64,000 nucleotides of DNA, taken from assembly GCA_013239625.1 (NCBI GenBank), contig MU053304.1:2232001-2296000 (forward strand), read 5' to 3'. The DNA is from Lama guanicoe (Eukaryota). The notes below the pieces were generated by a model. That model saw only the letters and a program-made list of their open reading frames with translations, made no database searches and was not told the origin of the DNA. Position numbers and translations under genes: made by a program. Each line of letters begins with the position of its first letter. Position 1 is the first letter of the stretch. Below, piece by piece: positions 37,755-49,400 of the stretch.

Positions 37755-37925
37755 CAGTGGAGGGCACCTCAGATTTTAACGTGCCAACCAAACACCTGGG
37801 GCTCTTACTAAGAATGCAGATTCTGACTCAGTAGGTCTGGCAAGGGCTCCACCGCTGTGCATTTGTAGCAAGTGTCTAGGACACATCAATGCTGCCAGTC
37901 CATGGACCACATTTAGCGTATGAGG
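37755..37925 (-). mobile_element. MER5A1-like (hAT-Charlie)
   Basis: cacctgggg..aatgcagattctgactcagtaggtctgg..tgcattt..aatgctgccagtccatggaccaca. Confidence 0.8.
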
Positions 37926-38370
37926 TGGTAGCATTCAGATGGTGTCTCAGTGTTTTCATCTGGTGAGACTTTTAAAGCACAATTGTTTCCTTCTGTTTCA
38001 AAATGCTCCAATAAAGCACCACAGAAGATCTGACTGTCAGAGACCTGAGCAAAACGCACACTGCTGTCTTTCTGGGCTTGTGCAGGACGTATGGAGTCTA
38101 GGCAAGCGCATATCATGTAAACAGGATATCCGGCTTCCACTTTCAACTCTTTTTCCTGGTGGTCAGGTTTAGAGTGAAAGGAGACATAGCTCACAGCTTA
38201 CTGTTCTCTATAATAAACTCTTACTAAGGTAGCCGGTCATTTGGTGGCATTCCCCAAACCAGCTGACTGCCTCCCATTCCTACTGGGTGAGGAGTAGACT
38301 CTCCTTGTAGGAGAATATCTTTGTATCTAGAACTTAGCAAACCTTTCCCACTGGTTCCAGAAAACCCTTA

Positions 38371-38798
38371 TGTGATAGCTTCCTAGGGTTTCCATAACAA
38401 AGGACCACACATTTGAGAGCTTCAAACAACGGAAGTTCACTGTGTCACGTTTCTCGAAGCCAGAAGTTGAAATCAAAGGGTTTGACCTGGCCATGGCCCC
38501 GTGAAGACTTTAGGAGAGAAAACTGCTTTGCCTCGTCAAGCTTCTTGTGACTCTTGGAATTCCTCGGCTTACGGCCGCATCACTTCAGTCTTTGCCTCCA
38601 TCCTCACGTGGCCTTCCTCCCTGTGTGTCTCTTATAAGGGCAGCAGTCTTTGGATTTAGGATGCACCCTAAATCCAGGCTGTCCCTAGATCCTTAATTCA
38701 TCTGCAAAGACCCTATTTCCAAATAAGGTCACATTCACAGGTTGTGGGGGTGGGGACTTGGACATATCTTTGAGGGGGATACTATTCAACCCGCTGCA
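38371..38798 (-). mobile_element. Complete MLT1C-like solo LTR with perfect 5-bp TSD
   Basis: TG...CA termini flanked by CCTTA (38366-38370 and 38799-38803); catctgcaaagaccctatttccaaataaggtcacattcacagg block. Confidence 0.92.
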
Positions 38799-40284
38799 CC
38801 TTAGTTCCCTGAGGCCATTGTCGAATGAGGATCTGAAGGTTGGTGCAGGGGAATAAGACATGTGAACACTCTACTCTGTGCAGAGCAGCGTGGGACGTGC
38901 TTTGTACCTGTGTGTCCGAGGAGGGGGCTGGGAAGGTGCCCACGCACCTTGTTCCAGCCCTCCGAGGAACTTGAATGATGATTAAAGAGACAGAAATGAG
39001 CAGGTAGTAGATCTTTACATGTGACAGAGCCTGTGCACAGAACTTCTGAAAAGTTTTTATTTACATTTTGCGACTATGAGATACCTGTTAATGGATGTGA
39101 CTACAGATTGATTCCTTCATTTATGAGTTTTCTTTTGGATAACTGGCCTCTGTTTATTTATTTATATCTGCCTCTTTCCCCCTTTTTATTTCTCTCTCTA
39201 CCTCTGTCCTAGCCACTTTAATTCCTCTTTTCTTCTGTCTTTCTGATTATCCACTGACCGAGCTACCTAGCTGCCCAGCCAGCTATCTATTGATCTATTC
39301 AGGTATTTTTACTCTCTCTTATTCCAGAAAGCACTGAGACATTTCTCAAGAATATAGATTACTAGTGCCTGTAAGTCTTGATTTGTCATTCATCAATAAC
39401 TTAGATAATAAAAAGAATTTAGAAGCCAGTGAAGGTATTAATTCATGTGAAGGTATTTCTAAGGCAGTTGAGAAAGATCATTCCGTTGATCAAAAATTCA
39501 GTGTATACACCGCTTTTCTGTTGCCAGCTGATTGCATAAAGCATGATGTATTCTCTTTGCATAAAGTAAGTTTCAAATTTTTCAACCTATCTTCTTGGCC
39601 ATCTAGTTTTACAGGGAACAAGATGGTGGAGGAAAACTAAATTCTTAATTGTATCATTTCTTTAAAGTCTCTTGAAGATGTAAATGAGTTGTTCAGCTGT
39701 TTGACATTAGAGAGTAGGGAATTTGTCCTCATCTTTCAAAACAATGACTAGTTAACAAATGAGTTAACAAGCAGCTACTGGAAAATACACAGAGGGCAAA
39801 GTGCTTAGTGCCTTCTAGGATGGCTCACTGTGTCGCAATAGGCTGAGCCCCAGTTGGTCTTGAGCCATCCCACAGGATTTAGCTGTTTTATTTTAGGCTT
39901 CGTTTCAGGATCTGGAATCAGTTAAAATCAAATTTTCCAGAAATCAATATTTGCCTGGATTGGATTCCAAGACTCCAATTGTGTCCACAGAAAGGAATAT
40001 ACAATCTACTCGCTGGTGGACAATGAGAGCCAAGCCAGAACCCAATAATTTTAAGTGGCTGCCTTTAAAGATGATAATATGTATCTTATGCCAGACTTAC
40101 TAGTCTTGAACTATTCCATCACCAAATTGTGCTACGTCGGGTTTTCAAATTATTTTGGTCCTAACGTTATGAACTTGAATTTAGATCCTTTAGCAAAATA
40201 ATGGACAGCCACTTATTTCTTTAGGTTATTCCTTACATACCCAACCTACAGAAATTCCATCACACAAAAAAGAGAGAATGCATT

Positions 40285-40490
40285 GTACAGTGTGGTGTTT
40301 TAGAGTAAGCTGGCTTTGTCTGCCTGGAGCACATCCAGGCTCTACTTCTCACCAGCTCTGTGTTGTGGAGCAAAGTACGTCCATCCTCTGTGCCTCAGTT
40401 ATCTCATCTGTCAAATGGGGTTATTTAGAGTTTCCATGTTATAGGGTGGATGAGATGGTTAAATACAGAAGTGCACGTGAAATGGTAAAC
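40285..40490 (+). mobile_element. MIR SINE
   Basis: cctctgtgcctcagttatctcatctgtcaaatgggg core. Confidence 0.75.
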
Positions 40491-40507
40491 AGAGACTTGC
40501 TTTAAGG

Positions 40508-40655
40508 CAGCTCCATCCATCAGAAATATAGTAGGAACCACATTGGTGATTTTAAATTCTGATAGCCTGACTAAAAAGTGAAAATAATTTTAGCAATGTA
40601 TTTTATTTAACCTCATATAGTCAAAGTATTTTTTATTTCAATGTGTGACCAAAAT
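40508..40655 (+). mobile_element. MER33/MER3-like hAT-Charlie fragment
   Basis: agaaatatagtaggaaccacat..gattttaaattc..taattttagcaatgtattttatttaacc..atttcaatgtgtgacca. Confidence 0.65.
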
Positions 40656-40679
40656 TGTTTATACGGTATATTCCTTTGT

Positions 40680-40800
40680 CTACCTCTGGCTGCCACTCCT
40701 GATGATTCTGATTCACTTGGTCTGGGGTCCAGCCCTGGTCTGAGTGTGTGTGCGGAGCTCCCAGCTGATTCTCACGTACAGACCAAGAATCAGAGCAGTG
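40680..40800. mobile_element. MER5B-like fragment
   Basis: gattctgattcacttggtctggggtccagcc..agctcccagctgattct. Confidence 0.6.
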
Positions 40801-41204
40801 TCTGAGGCAAATCACTTTCCTGTACCCACAAAATGGATCATGCTACTGGCTGTAACAACTTAACAAGGTTACTGAGAAGAATCCGATATGATCCTGATGT
40901 TGAAATGTATTGTAAAATATAAAATGCTGCAGGAAGGGAAGAGCTTTTAGTTATCAATAATTATGTCAAAGCATTCCTCAATGGAATCTCCCTCTGGAGA
41001 TACGCTCAGAACCTAGGAGATCTTTCCTTTGATTCCGACTACTCCTGTCTTTTTCCTTGAAAGGAGGCACATTTTTTTCCCCCTGAAACTGATGTTTACT
41101 TACTAGCACTATCTTGGTGCCAGACTGGCTGGATGATGGGCAAAGCATGTTACTAGAGGTGATATTCACTAGAGGCACATGCCAGCTCCATCTGTTCCCT
41201 TGCA

Positions 41205-41315
41205 TTCTCTGCATCTCGGTTTCCTTATCTGTCACTGGGATGATACATACATGGCTGGGCGCTTGTGAGGGCTGATATAAATCATGGACATAAAGCGTTT
41301 AGCTCAGGGTCTGGC
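41205..41315 (+). mobile_element. MIR fragment
   Basis: ctcggtttccttatctgtcactgggatgatac..ttgtgaggg..taaagcgtttagc. Confidence 0.6.
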
Positions 41316-42199
41316 CTCCCTCCCAGGCGTTCTGCGGGGCAGTGGACGTGTGTGCAGTTCTGGGTGACTCGGGGAACCAACAATACATGTATCTGTTCAG
41401 TCACTAGTAGCACTTGAGCAATTACGGTAGCTGGTGAGCACACACTTCTCAGAGCTCACACGCCGTGGCCCTCCCCTCTCACACGTTTACATAAGAACTC
41501 TTTTTGACTTCCCATAGATGAGATCTCAGGAGATTTGGCCTCATCCATGTTCAGATGAACTATTTCTTTCTGTCCTGAGGGGAGAGGTTGGGTTTAGCAT
41601 GGCTGAATCGGTTATTCAGCTTTTAACAGCCTGCAGCCGGAAGGAAGCCCTTTGTTACTGATTGAATCTCCCCTTTGGGGGTGAGGGGGAGACGGGAAGC
41701 TGCCTTTCCATGCAGTGTGCTGTTTGAGTGAAGTGCGCCCAGATCAGATTGGTGTCTAGGCGAAGGGAAGTGCCCCCGCCCACCTTGGACTTACCGAAAT
41801 TCCTTCCTATTATTCTAAAACTGAGATAAATTAAACAATAACTTGTTCCAACATTGTGGACTTTCTTGCATCAAGATGCTTTAAATGCTTGCTGACGAAT
41901 AAAAACAAAACAAAAACCTTTGTTCTACAAAATGCACCCATGACAAAATTATCCGGTGGGTCCTGGTCGGTCACCTGGCTGGTTTAGCACAAATTCTGTT
42001 TAATTCTGTTTACAGTTTGAGAACTTGGAAAGAGCAGTGCATTTGGTTCTCTGATGCCTCTACTTTTCTAGGTGAAGAAGTTCAGATTTATAGAGAGTTG
42101 GGGACCCACCTAAAGCCTCGCACCCATCGTATTTACAGCTGGCACCTGTGGATGGCCTCCTTCGCTAGGTGGGGTGTGAAATGTTCACGTGGGGCTTCT

Positions 42200-42340
42200 C
42201 ATTTCATCCCATCCCTGTGAGTTCAGCACTAATAGTATGCTCATTTTATAGGTAAGAGAATCAACTCAGAAAGGTAAGTCACTTCTCCCAGGTTCCGTAT
42301 CTAGGAAGCAACAGAGACCAGATGAGAACCTAAGAGTCTC
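42200..42340 (-). mobile_element. MIR fragment
   Basis: cattttataggtaagagaatcaactcagaaaggtaagtcacttctcccagg. Confidence 0.6.
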
Positions 42341-42799
42341 AGTAGGGCATTTCTGAAGGAGCACTGCCTATATCTGGCTTATGTAAGTTGGAAGTTCACT
42401 GTGATAATTAACAATTTACTGAGGGTTCAGAGCAACAGGGGAGGTGTCTTAAGATAGTGTATGATTAACTCCTAATGAGTGACACAGTCGATAATTGCTA
42501 TATGAATTCATATTAATTTGAATCTAGTGTATTTTTAAAAATCAGATAGAACATATGGTTGGCTATTCACAGTTTCATACCCCTCGGCATTTTCTACCAT
42601 GAAGTCAATTCTTCATTTGTTCTGAGTTGTATTGTTGCATATGCTGCTCACATTAAACATCTTGAAGACATTTGCATTTGCAGTGTTGTTTTGTCAGCTG
42701 TCACACAGAAGCATATGCAGAGGCCATTCAGGGACAGTTTATCTGAAAGGTTGTCTGTAACATAGGTTGAACCAAATAAGTGAGGGACTGTGGCAGAAT

Positions 42800-42960
42800 T
42801 CCTTCATTCATTCCTTCATTCGTTCATTCATGGATTGAGTCCCATGCATTTGGTAACATTATTTCAGAGGAGGAGGTGGAAGGACAAATTAAATAGCCAC
42901 CTCTAGGAACCTGGAGTCTTGTCGAAAAGATACATAGGCCAGTTAAGGTAGAATTTCTTG
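42800..42960 (-). mobile_element. L2 3' end with (TTCA)n tail
   Basis: ttcattcattccttcattcgttcattcatggattgagtcccatg. Confidence 0.55.
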
Positions 42961-43106
42961 AACATGGAGGTAAAAGGCCTAATAATAAATGTCGGTCTGA
43001 AACAGGAGAGTGTCTTGTTTTCTTTGGTGAAGCAAGGGTGGGCAATGTTTTTAGCAACTGATGAATCATCAGTCTGGGAGGAGTTTCTTGGTTTGTAAAA
43101 TCCATC

Positions 43107-43477
43107 ACGTTAGTCCAGACGACTTCTGTAACCGGTAGCCTTGAAACCCTGGTAGCTTAACACAGTGAGCTTTTCTTGCACCAGTGAAGTCCAATATCGA
43201 TTATCTGTGAGAGGCTCTTCTCCAGGGTCCAGGGTCTCAGTTCTTGCCATCTGGTCACTCCAAGTACCGCATTCAGGGTCTATGGCTTCCTTCCCTAGAT
43301 CTTTTGCATCTAGTTGACAGGGGAAGAGAATGTGGATCATGTGCATCCTCTTGAAGATGACCTACGTCAGCATTATGACCACACTTTGCTGCAGAGGGCT
43401 GGCCACTGTCATCTAGCAGAGTGCTCAGGTCCAAGAGAGGACTCTGATGTTGATAGGCATCAGAAGTCTCTCCCACA
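43107..43477 (-). mobile_element. Old MaLR solo LTR (MLT1J/K-like)
   Basis: gttagtccag..ggtagcttaacacag.., gcagagggctggccactgtcatctagc, gtctctcccaca terminus. Confidence 0.6.
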
Positions 43478-43789
43478 CTCGGAATTTTTTTTAATAAAAA
43501 TCTACTATCTCTGAAACATGTGCCACTGCATTCTTTTATGGTGAATATAAGGAATCTTAGCCCTAAAGAAGTGAAAGTCTGTTAACATTTAATGTCTGAT
43601 GAACAAGATTCATTCTCCCTATCAGATCTGAAGTTTGAACTCTCAGGTAACCCCCTCTTCGCTGGGTTCCTTGGTGCCAAGGGACTGGATAACATCTTGG
43701 CTACAACTGCAAGGAACTCAGTGGCTCTAGTCTCTGGGAGATACCATTTTTGCCAGTCCCTTTTTGAAGGTGTCACCAGCAGCTGTCCT

Positions 43790-43962
43790 GTAGATAATCC
43801 AGGATAATCTTTCTATGTTAAGGTTGAATGATTAGCAACTTGTGAATCCAGAATTTGTCAATATATTACATTACATGGCCAAGGGGAGTTAATAGATGGA
43901 ATAAAAGGTTTCAGAGAGTGAGATGTGGGCATCTTTGGGAGGCCATTATTCTGCCTGCCTCA
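43790..43962 (-). mobile_element. MLT1D-like LTR 5' fragment carrying an internal micro-inversion
   Basis: gataatccaggataatct..gattagcaac and gggcatctttgggaggccattattctgcctgcctca are antisense MLT1D; intervening 43840-43907 is in sense orientation. Confidence 0.8.
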
Positions 43963-44029
43963 GGCTCCACAGACCTCTTTGCTCATGGTTTTAGAGCAGT
44001 AATTTGAGATTAAGAGGAGGCATTTGAAG

Positions 44030-44625
44030 CTGGTGATGGAGAGCATAGTCACTAGTATCAGAGGGTCTGGGATATCTTGCTTCACATTGTAGAAATCTGA
44101 ATCCTGCAGGAGACCAAGTGACACATGGAGGGTTGGAGAACTCAGGCTTATTATGCAGGCAGGCCCAGGGGAGTTAACACTCCTACCTCTGGACCCCGTC
44201 TGTAGGCTTATACAGGCTTTTATAGGGTTTTAGTTTTCAATTAAGTTTGTGGGATATGCAAATGAGGTGTTAGAAATGGACCAATCAGGAGTGAGCTTTT
44301 GGGAACCAATGGAATTTTAGGGGTAAGTTTCGTTTTCCTAGAAGCAGGCCGTTTTACAGACGCGCAAAAGCGGGAAGGCAATGGCCCTGCCTGGGAGGTC
44401 TTGCTAGTCCCTTTGTGGGCTTTGGCCCTTTAGTATCACTATCTTTGTGACCTTGGGGAAACTCTAGCTTCTCTGTGCCTCTGTTCCTCGAGTTATAAAA
44501 CAGGCATGATAATTGGACTGCCCTCCTAGAGTCATTGTGGGTTTAAATGAGATAACACACACACACATTTTGCACAGTGTGTGGGCCATAGTTATGAGCT
44601 AACAGACCAGCTATTAGTAATTGTT
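44030..44625 (+). mobile_element. MIR interrupted by an LTR insertion
   Basis: MIR 5' part ends about 44087; resumes at about 44439 with tgtgaccttgggg..ctctgtgcctctgttcctc..taaatgagataac. Confidence 0.7.
44088..44438 (-). mobile_element. ERV-like solo LTR (about 350 bp, family not assigned)
   Basis: TG...CA ends; on the minus strand two ATTGG boxes, ATTTGCAT, TATAAAA (44218-44224) and an AATAAG polyA-like signal (44147-44152) occur in U3-R-U5 order; interrupts a MIR; TSD unclear. Confidence 0.7.
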
Positions 44626-46316
44626 GAATTACCATTGTTGATCACCCAGGCCAGGGCTGTGGCCTGTGCGACTAGCTTCTGCATGCACCTGTGTTGGCTT
44701 TTGCATTCTCTGGGTGGAAGCAGAGTTGGACTAAAGCATCTTGGGGAGTCAAAGGATTATGGGTCTACTTCTTTATGAGTGGGCATGAAGAGTGATTTCT
44801 CTAAGTTCTCTAGAAGTAGTTGATGAAAGAGGAAGGAATCTGCTGTGTGTGTGTGTGAATGTGTGTCTTTAAATATTGTTAAATTGTTTCCTGTGCCAGA
44901 AGCAAGAAGGAGGCAATGATTTTACTTATTTACTATTTATTACCTGAGTTGCACTGTTGCTGTATGTGAGAAGCCTGGTCCTTATCCTCTGAAAAAGATG
45001 CACTGGGTCATTAGGGACTCATTGTTCTCTTTGTAGTTTTCAAATTCCCTTTACTTGAAATGTTGTTTGATGTGATAAAAAAAGAACCTATTTTAAATTG
45101 TAAACTAGCACATATAAGTGTTTCATGAAACTGTTAATGTATATGATCTCACTATAAACTATTATAGTCCTACTGAAATTGAATTTGGAGTATAAAATAG
45201 TTATAAGAGTCTGATGTTCTAGTTTTACAGTGTAAGAAGAGAGACTTCAATAGAAGAAGGGTGGGGGTGATTATACACCTTCAAATGTGGATGGATCAAG
45301 GAAGTCCTTCCCCCCAATCATTGTATCCTTCCTTCAATTTGATCCGTTTAGGTAGTGAGGTGATATCTTGACCAAGAGGCAAATCTTCTAGAGAGGAGCC
45401 CCAAATTTCAAGCTTTGATCAAGTGTCACTTCCTCAGGCTGAATTTTAACTCACAGTTGGACATACATGTTCCATCAGAGTGCCGTTCTACAGTGTGGTT
45501 TAAATGTTACACTAACCTGCTTCCTCCAAGTTTCTAACCAAACGAACTCGCTCGCTTCTCTGAGTTTCTTATGTCTCTTTCTTTATATGTGTGTAGTTCA
45601 GCATTCATGGAATCCTGCAATAAGTTAAGCTCTTGGTGCCCTGCCTTCTGGTATTGAATTTCCTGCCTCAAAATGGTCTGTGTTGAAGCCAGTGGGTGCA
45701 GATCTGCCCACGTTACATGGTTAATCGAAACCACATCTGCTGCCTAATGTGTGGGAAAGTAGGGAGTAAACTAGGAGCCAGTTCTGTGTTTCTACCCACC
45801 TTCCCAGCCTCATCCGCTCCCTACTTCTCTTTGAATTAAAATTAAACTTTTCTTCTTTTGTAGATACATATTCAAAAACTTCTTCACCTGATTTCCAACT
45901 TTCTGATTATGCAGTGCAAGATTTGGGGTGGGGGTAGGGCGGGGGGAGATTGATCTTGTAAACTGCCCATGGCTGAAGGATGTGGAAATGGTTGGGCAAG
46001 AGTTCTCAGTCTCAGAGCTCCCAGGCATAAGGTGACTTCCCCAGGGCAGCCACAGTCGTGGGCGGGAACTGGTCCTCTAGCTTAGTTTGCTCTGGCAGAA
46101 AGAGAAAGTCCTCAGCATCCCTTTAGCATCAGAGAGATGCAGTGGAGCAGAAAGCCAAAAAAGGGTGTTGGAGATTCAGTCAGGAAAAGGAGTAAAGAAA
46201 ACTGGGAAAAGGCGTCAACGTGGTGAGAGTGAATTGCCCCAGGCTGCCAAAGAGAACGGTCTGCTAACTCCTAAGTCACTTTAACTAGGAAGCCTGTGAT
46301 GCAAATAGCAGGAGAG

Positions 46317-46406
46317 GGTGGAAGGTGATAGCTCAGTGGTAGAGCACGCGCTTAGCAAGCACAAGGTCCTGGGTCCAATCCCCAGTACTTCCACACACAG
46401 GGGGAA
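46317..46406 (+). mobile_element. Short camelid tRNA-derived SINE (Vic-1-type head only)
   Basis: gatagctcagtggtagagcacgcgcttagcaagcacaaggtcctgggtccaatccccagtac; TSD aaatagcaggagag (46303-46316) / aaatagcagaagag (46407-46420). Confidence 0.9.
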
Positions 46407-49400
46407 AAATAGCAGAAGAGCTGCTCTCAGACAGAATGAAGACGTGGAGCTGTGGAGAGACCAAGTGCACTTGATCTCAGAAAGAGGAAGAATTGTGAGA
46501 TCAAGGAGGTGGCTGTAGGAGTCATACATGAATGAGGGTTAGGACTTGGCTCTTGCACGTTAAATCTTACTTAGAATGTATTACTGTCCTCATTTCTTCT
46601 CCACCAACCTCAAGGAACAGCAGTTGCTGTAATGTTTTAACTACAAAGAAGATGTTTCTTTTGAGAGAAATAAAAAATTCAGTGCCCGTAAAGAGCACCT
46701 ACAGCTAACAGGTAGAAACCGCTTAAGAACGGTGTAATATGGTCTAGATATGAATACATTGGACAAGTAGACTTTATTTAAAGGCTTTGAGAAGTGCCGT
46801 CTTAAAACAATGGTTCCTTTACAACTTCTTCCACATTTATTTAGCCATGACATACCCCTCCCTCCTTTCATCTTTCACTTTTGACGGAGGCATTGGTTGG
46901 TGAAAGCATTTAGAAGGAATGCTTGTCTATATCTTTCACTTTACAAATGAAGAACTGGGCCAGAAGAACACGTGACTGTCCGAGAGTCCTTATTCTGCCA
47001 GGACCGAGCTGAGATTAGACTCCCAGTGTTTTGTACGGAAGCCAACCATTGTGAGTTCTTGACCTCAAAGACTGGCGTGAGTCCTAGCCCCCCGTAGGCA
47101 CCCTCTGGGTGTCCTACAGTGTAGACTCGTACTTTGATCGGGCCCTGAAGGATGGCTTTGCACTTCTGTTGGACCTCAAGCTCATGCCTGTGGTAAGGAG
47201 ACCCAGGGAGCCCTGGCATTACAACAAGAGTCTGACCTCAGAGAATTCCTAGTTCTCATTTCGGAAGGATTCAGATCAATCTCATGTTCCATCTAACTTG
47301 TGGCAAAGGTTTTGCTTATTGAGAGCAAGTCTTCTGAGGGCTTCCCGTCGCTTTTCTTTTCTAGAATCGCACCATTGTGGTTTCAGTGTGAGTCCCATCT
47401 TCTTCAGTCAGAGTAGAGAGGGGAGCTTTAGGCTTGTGAGGTTGAGAAAGGAGGGAGGAATGTCTGTGTGTTACTTACAAGGGAAAACGTGATTGGAAGG
47501 TGCTTCTGCAGAAAGATTTGCTACAGCCTAAGGAGCGATAGCAATTAGCTGCAATCTATTCCTAATCAGGCTCCCTCTTTAGGCTGCTGTTTTATTTTTT
47601 CAGAAGAACTGTATCTGCCATTGCCAGCTAAATGAATCCTTTTAGGTGAAAAAGCTGTGCGGTTCGTACACTATCTGATTCTCACGCTTTAGATGGAGAT
47701 AATTGGGAGAGAGAGTTAGTGGCTTCTAATTAGAGGCATATACTTTCCCTTATAACTGCCAAGACACCCCGAGACGGCTATGTTAGCAGTGCTATCCCCA
47801 GTTAATTTGCTCAGGGCTTTCAAACTTTCCTAGACCCTTATTTAAAGCTCATCTGACTTTCTTCAGTGTATTCAGAACTCAGCACTCGCATATGCGACGG
47901 GGGACGTTGGACATCACGTAAGACAGGGGTCGTTTGTTACTTCAGTGACACTTTCCCCGCAAGTCAAACTTCCTCAGCTTGATTGTTTCGGTCAGGCACT
48001 TGCACGCCTGCGAAAGTGAGATTTCACGCTGAAAGTCAACAGAACTTGATTTCCCTAAACACTTTATGTGTTTCTATCTTGAACGTTTCTTAAAGGCTTC
48101 ATTTTATCTTGGAGCAGTGGTGGACTTCAAACATGACTGTTTTTGTAGAAACGTTGTATTTTTTTAATCAAACACGAGGTGATTTTAACAAGCTGCTTTC
48201 ACAGCTGAGTTCCCGGCGCTGGAGGTTTATGGTGTGTTTCATATGTTCTTTCTTTGCTCTCCACTTTTGACTTGTTTATTTTTCATGACACATCTGAATG
48301 CCTTCTTGTAAGCAGGACCCTCTGCTGGAGATCCAGCTGTGGGGGGTGATTAGTACAAAGGCACATTACAGGCATCCTTCGTGAGGGGTTAAGAGACACG
48401 TTTCAGAAGTTGTTTTCTTTTCTGACCAAGCGTAGGCATGGTGTTTTTCCTCCCCTGGAGATACAACCCAGACTTGAATTTCTGAAAGCTCTGAGTACTT
48501 AGGACTCCTGTGCTTGTGATATTACCCGTCTGATCCTCTTGAGAGAGCCTCACAGTATTAGCTCCCTGTTGAACCACTAGGTGGGAAAGATGATTCTAAA
48601 GCTTAAGTCAAGAGCGCTAAGGCAGGCATCAGTTTGGCGTGTGACTTCACGCTCTCTTCTTTAGGTCGTGTGGTCAACTTTCAGGGAAATTACCCCCTGA
48701 CCTGGCCCTCAGGTGGGTGAAATTGAGATGTCTTTATTGATGACATGTTAAAGGAAGATTGCTGAGTGAAAAGTCTTTCCTCTGAGTGAAGACTGTAAAC
48801 TGTCTTATTTACACTAATGCTGACACTGTCCAAAAAGGGCCGTACCCCCTTTACTCAATCAAATGAGCATGTAAAGGAGGCTATTATCAAAGGCTAGCAT
48901 TGTCATTTTATTTCTTCATTCAAATTAATCACAGCTTTTTTCTTTCTAAAGCGAAAGAAGGAAGAGCATGATATTGCCTTAGATCCAGCCTCTCAGTGAA
49001 CGTCTGCTTAAACTTGTAAAAGTAATTCTGATACAAGTATGGCTACTTTGCTTATAGCCCATTAGACCATTTTGCTTATAGATGAAGTTGTAGACTTTGC
49101 TTATAGACATTTCTTCATTACTTACATGACTCTTCCGTAACATTATTCGACCTGCTTCAGACTTCCCCTGTCAAAGCACATGAAAGGCACAGTTATTATA
49201 ATGTACTTCCCCTTACATTGGACTGGTGCAGGGGTGTCTTCTTCTTAACCTCAAAACTTGGAAATCAAATTGGGTAGAACCAAACAGATCAGAAGAATCC
49301 TGTCGTTATCACACATTTACGGGTGGGCAGTAACTTTATGGCTACAAATCAAAGGCTTTTGTGACTGTGCCCATATCCAGAAGAAGATTTTTCAGTGAAG

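Noticed and set aside
42245..42280. ttttatag|gtaaga and aag|gtaagt splice-like motifs
   Set aside because: Both fall in an antisense MIR whose consensus readily yields such motifs; weak pyrimidine tract
46317..46395. tRNA gene
   Set aside because: A and B boxes belong to a SINE head; it is flanked by a TSD and has a mutated B box and no proper acceptor stem
49047..49106. CRISPR-like repeat-spacer array
   Set aside because: Mammalian DNA, only three 11-bp repeats with 13-14-bp spacers, no cas genes
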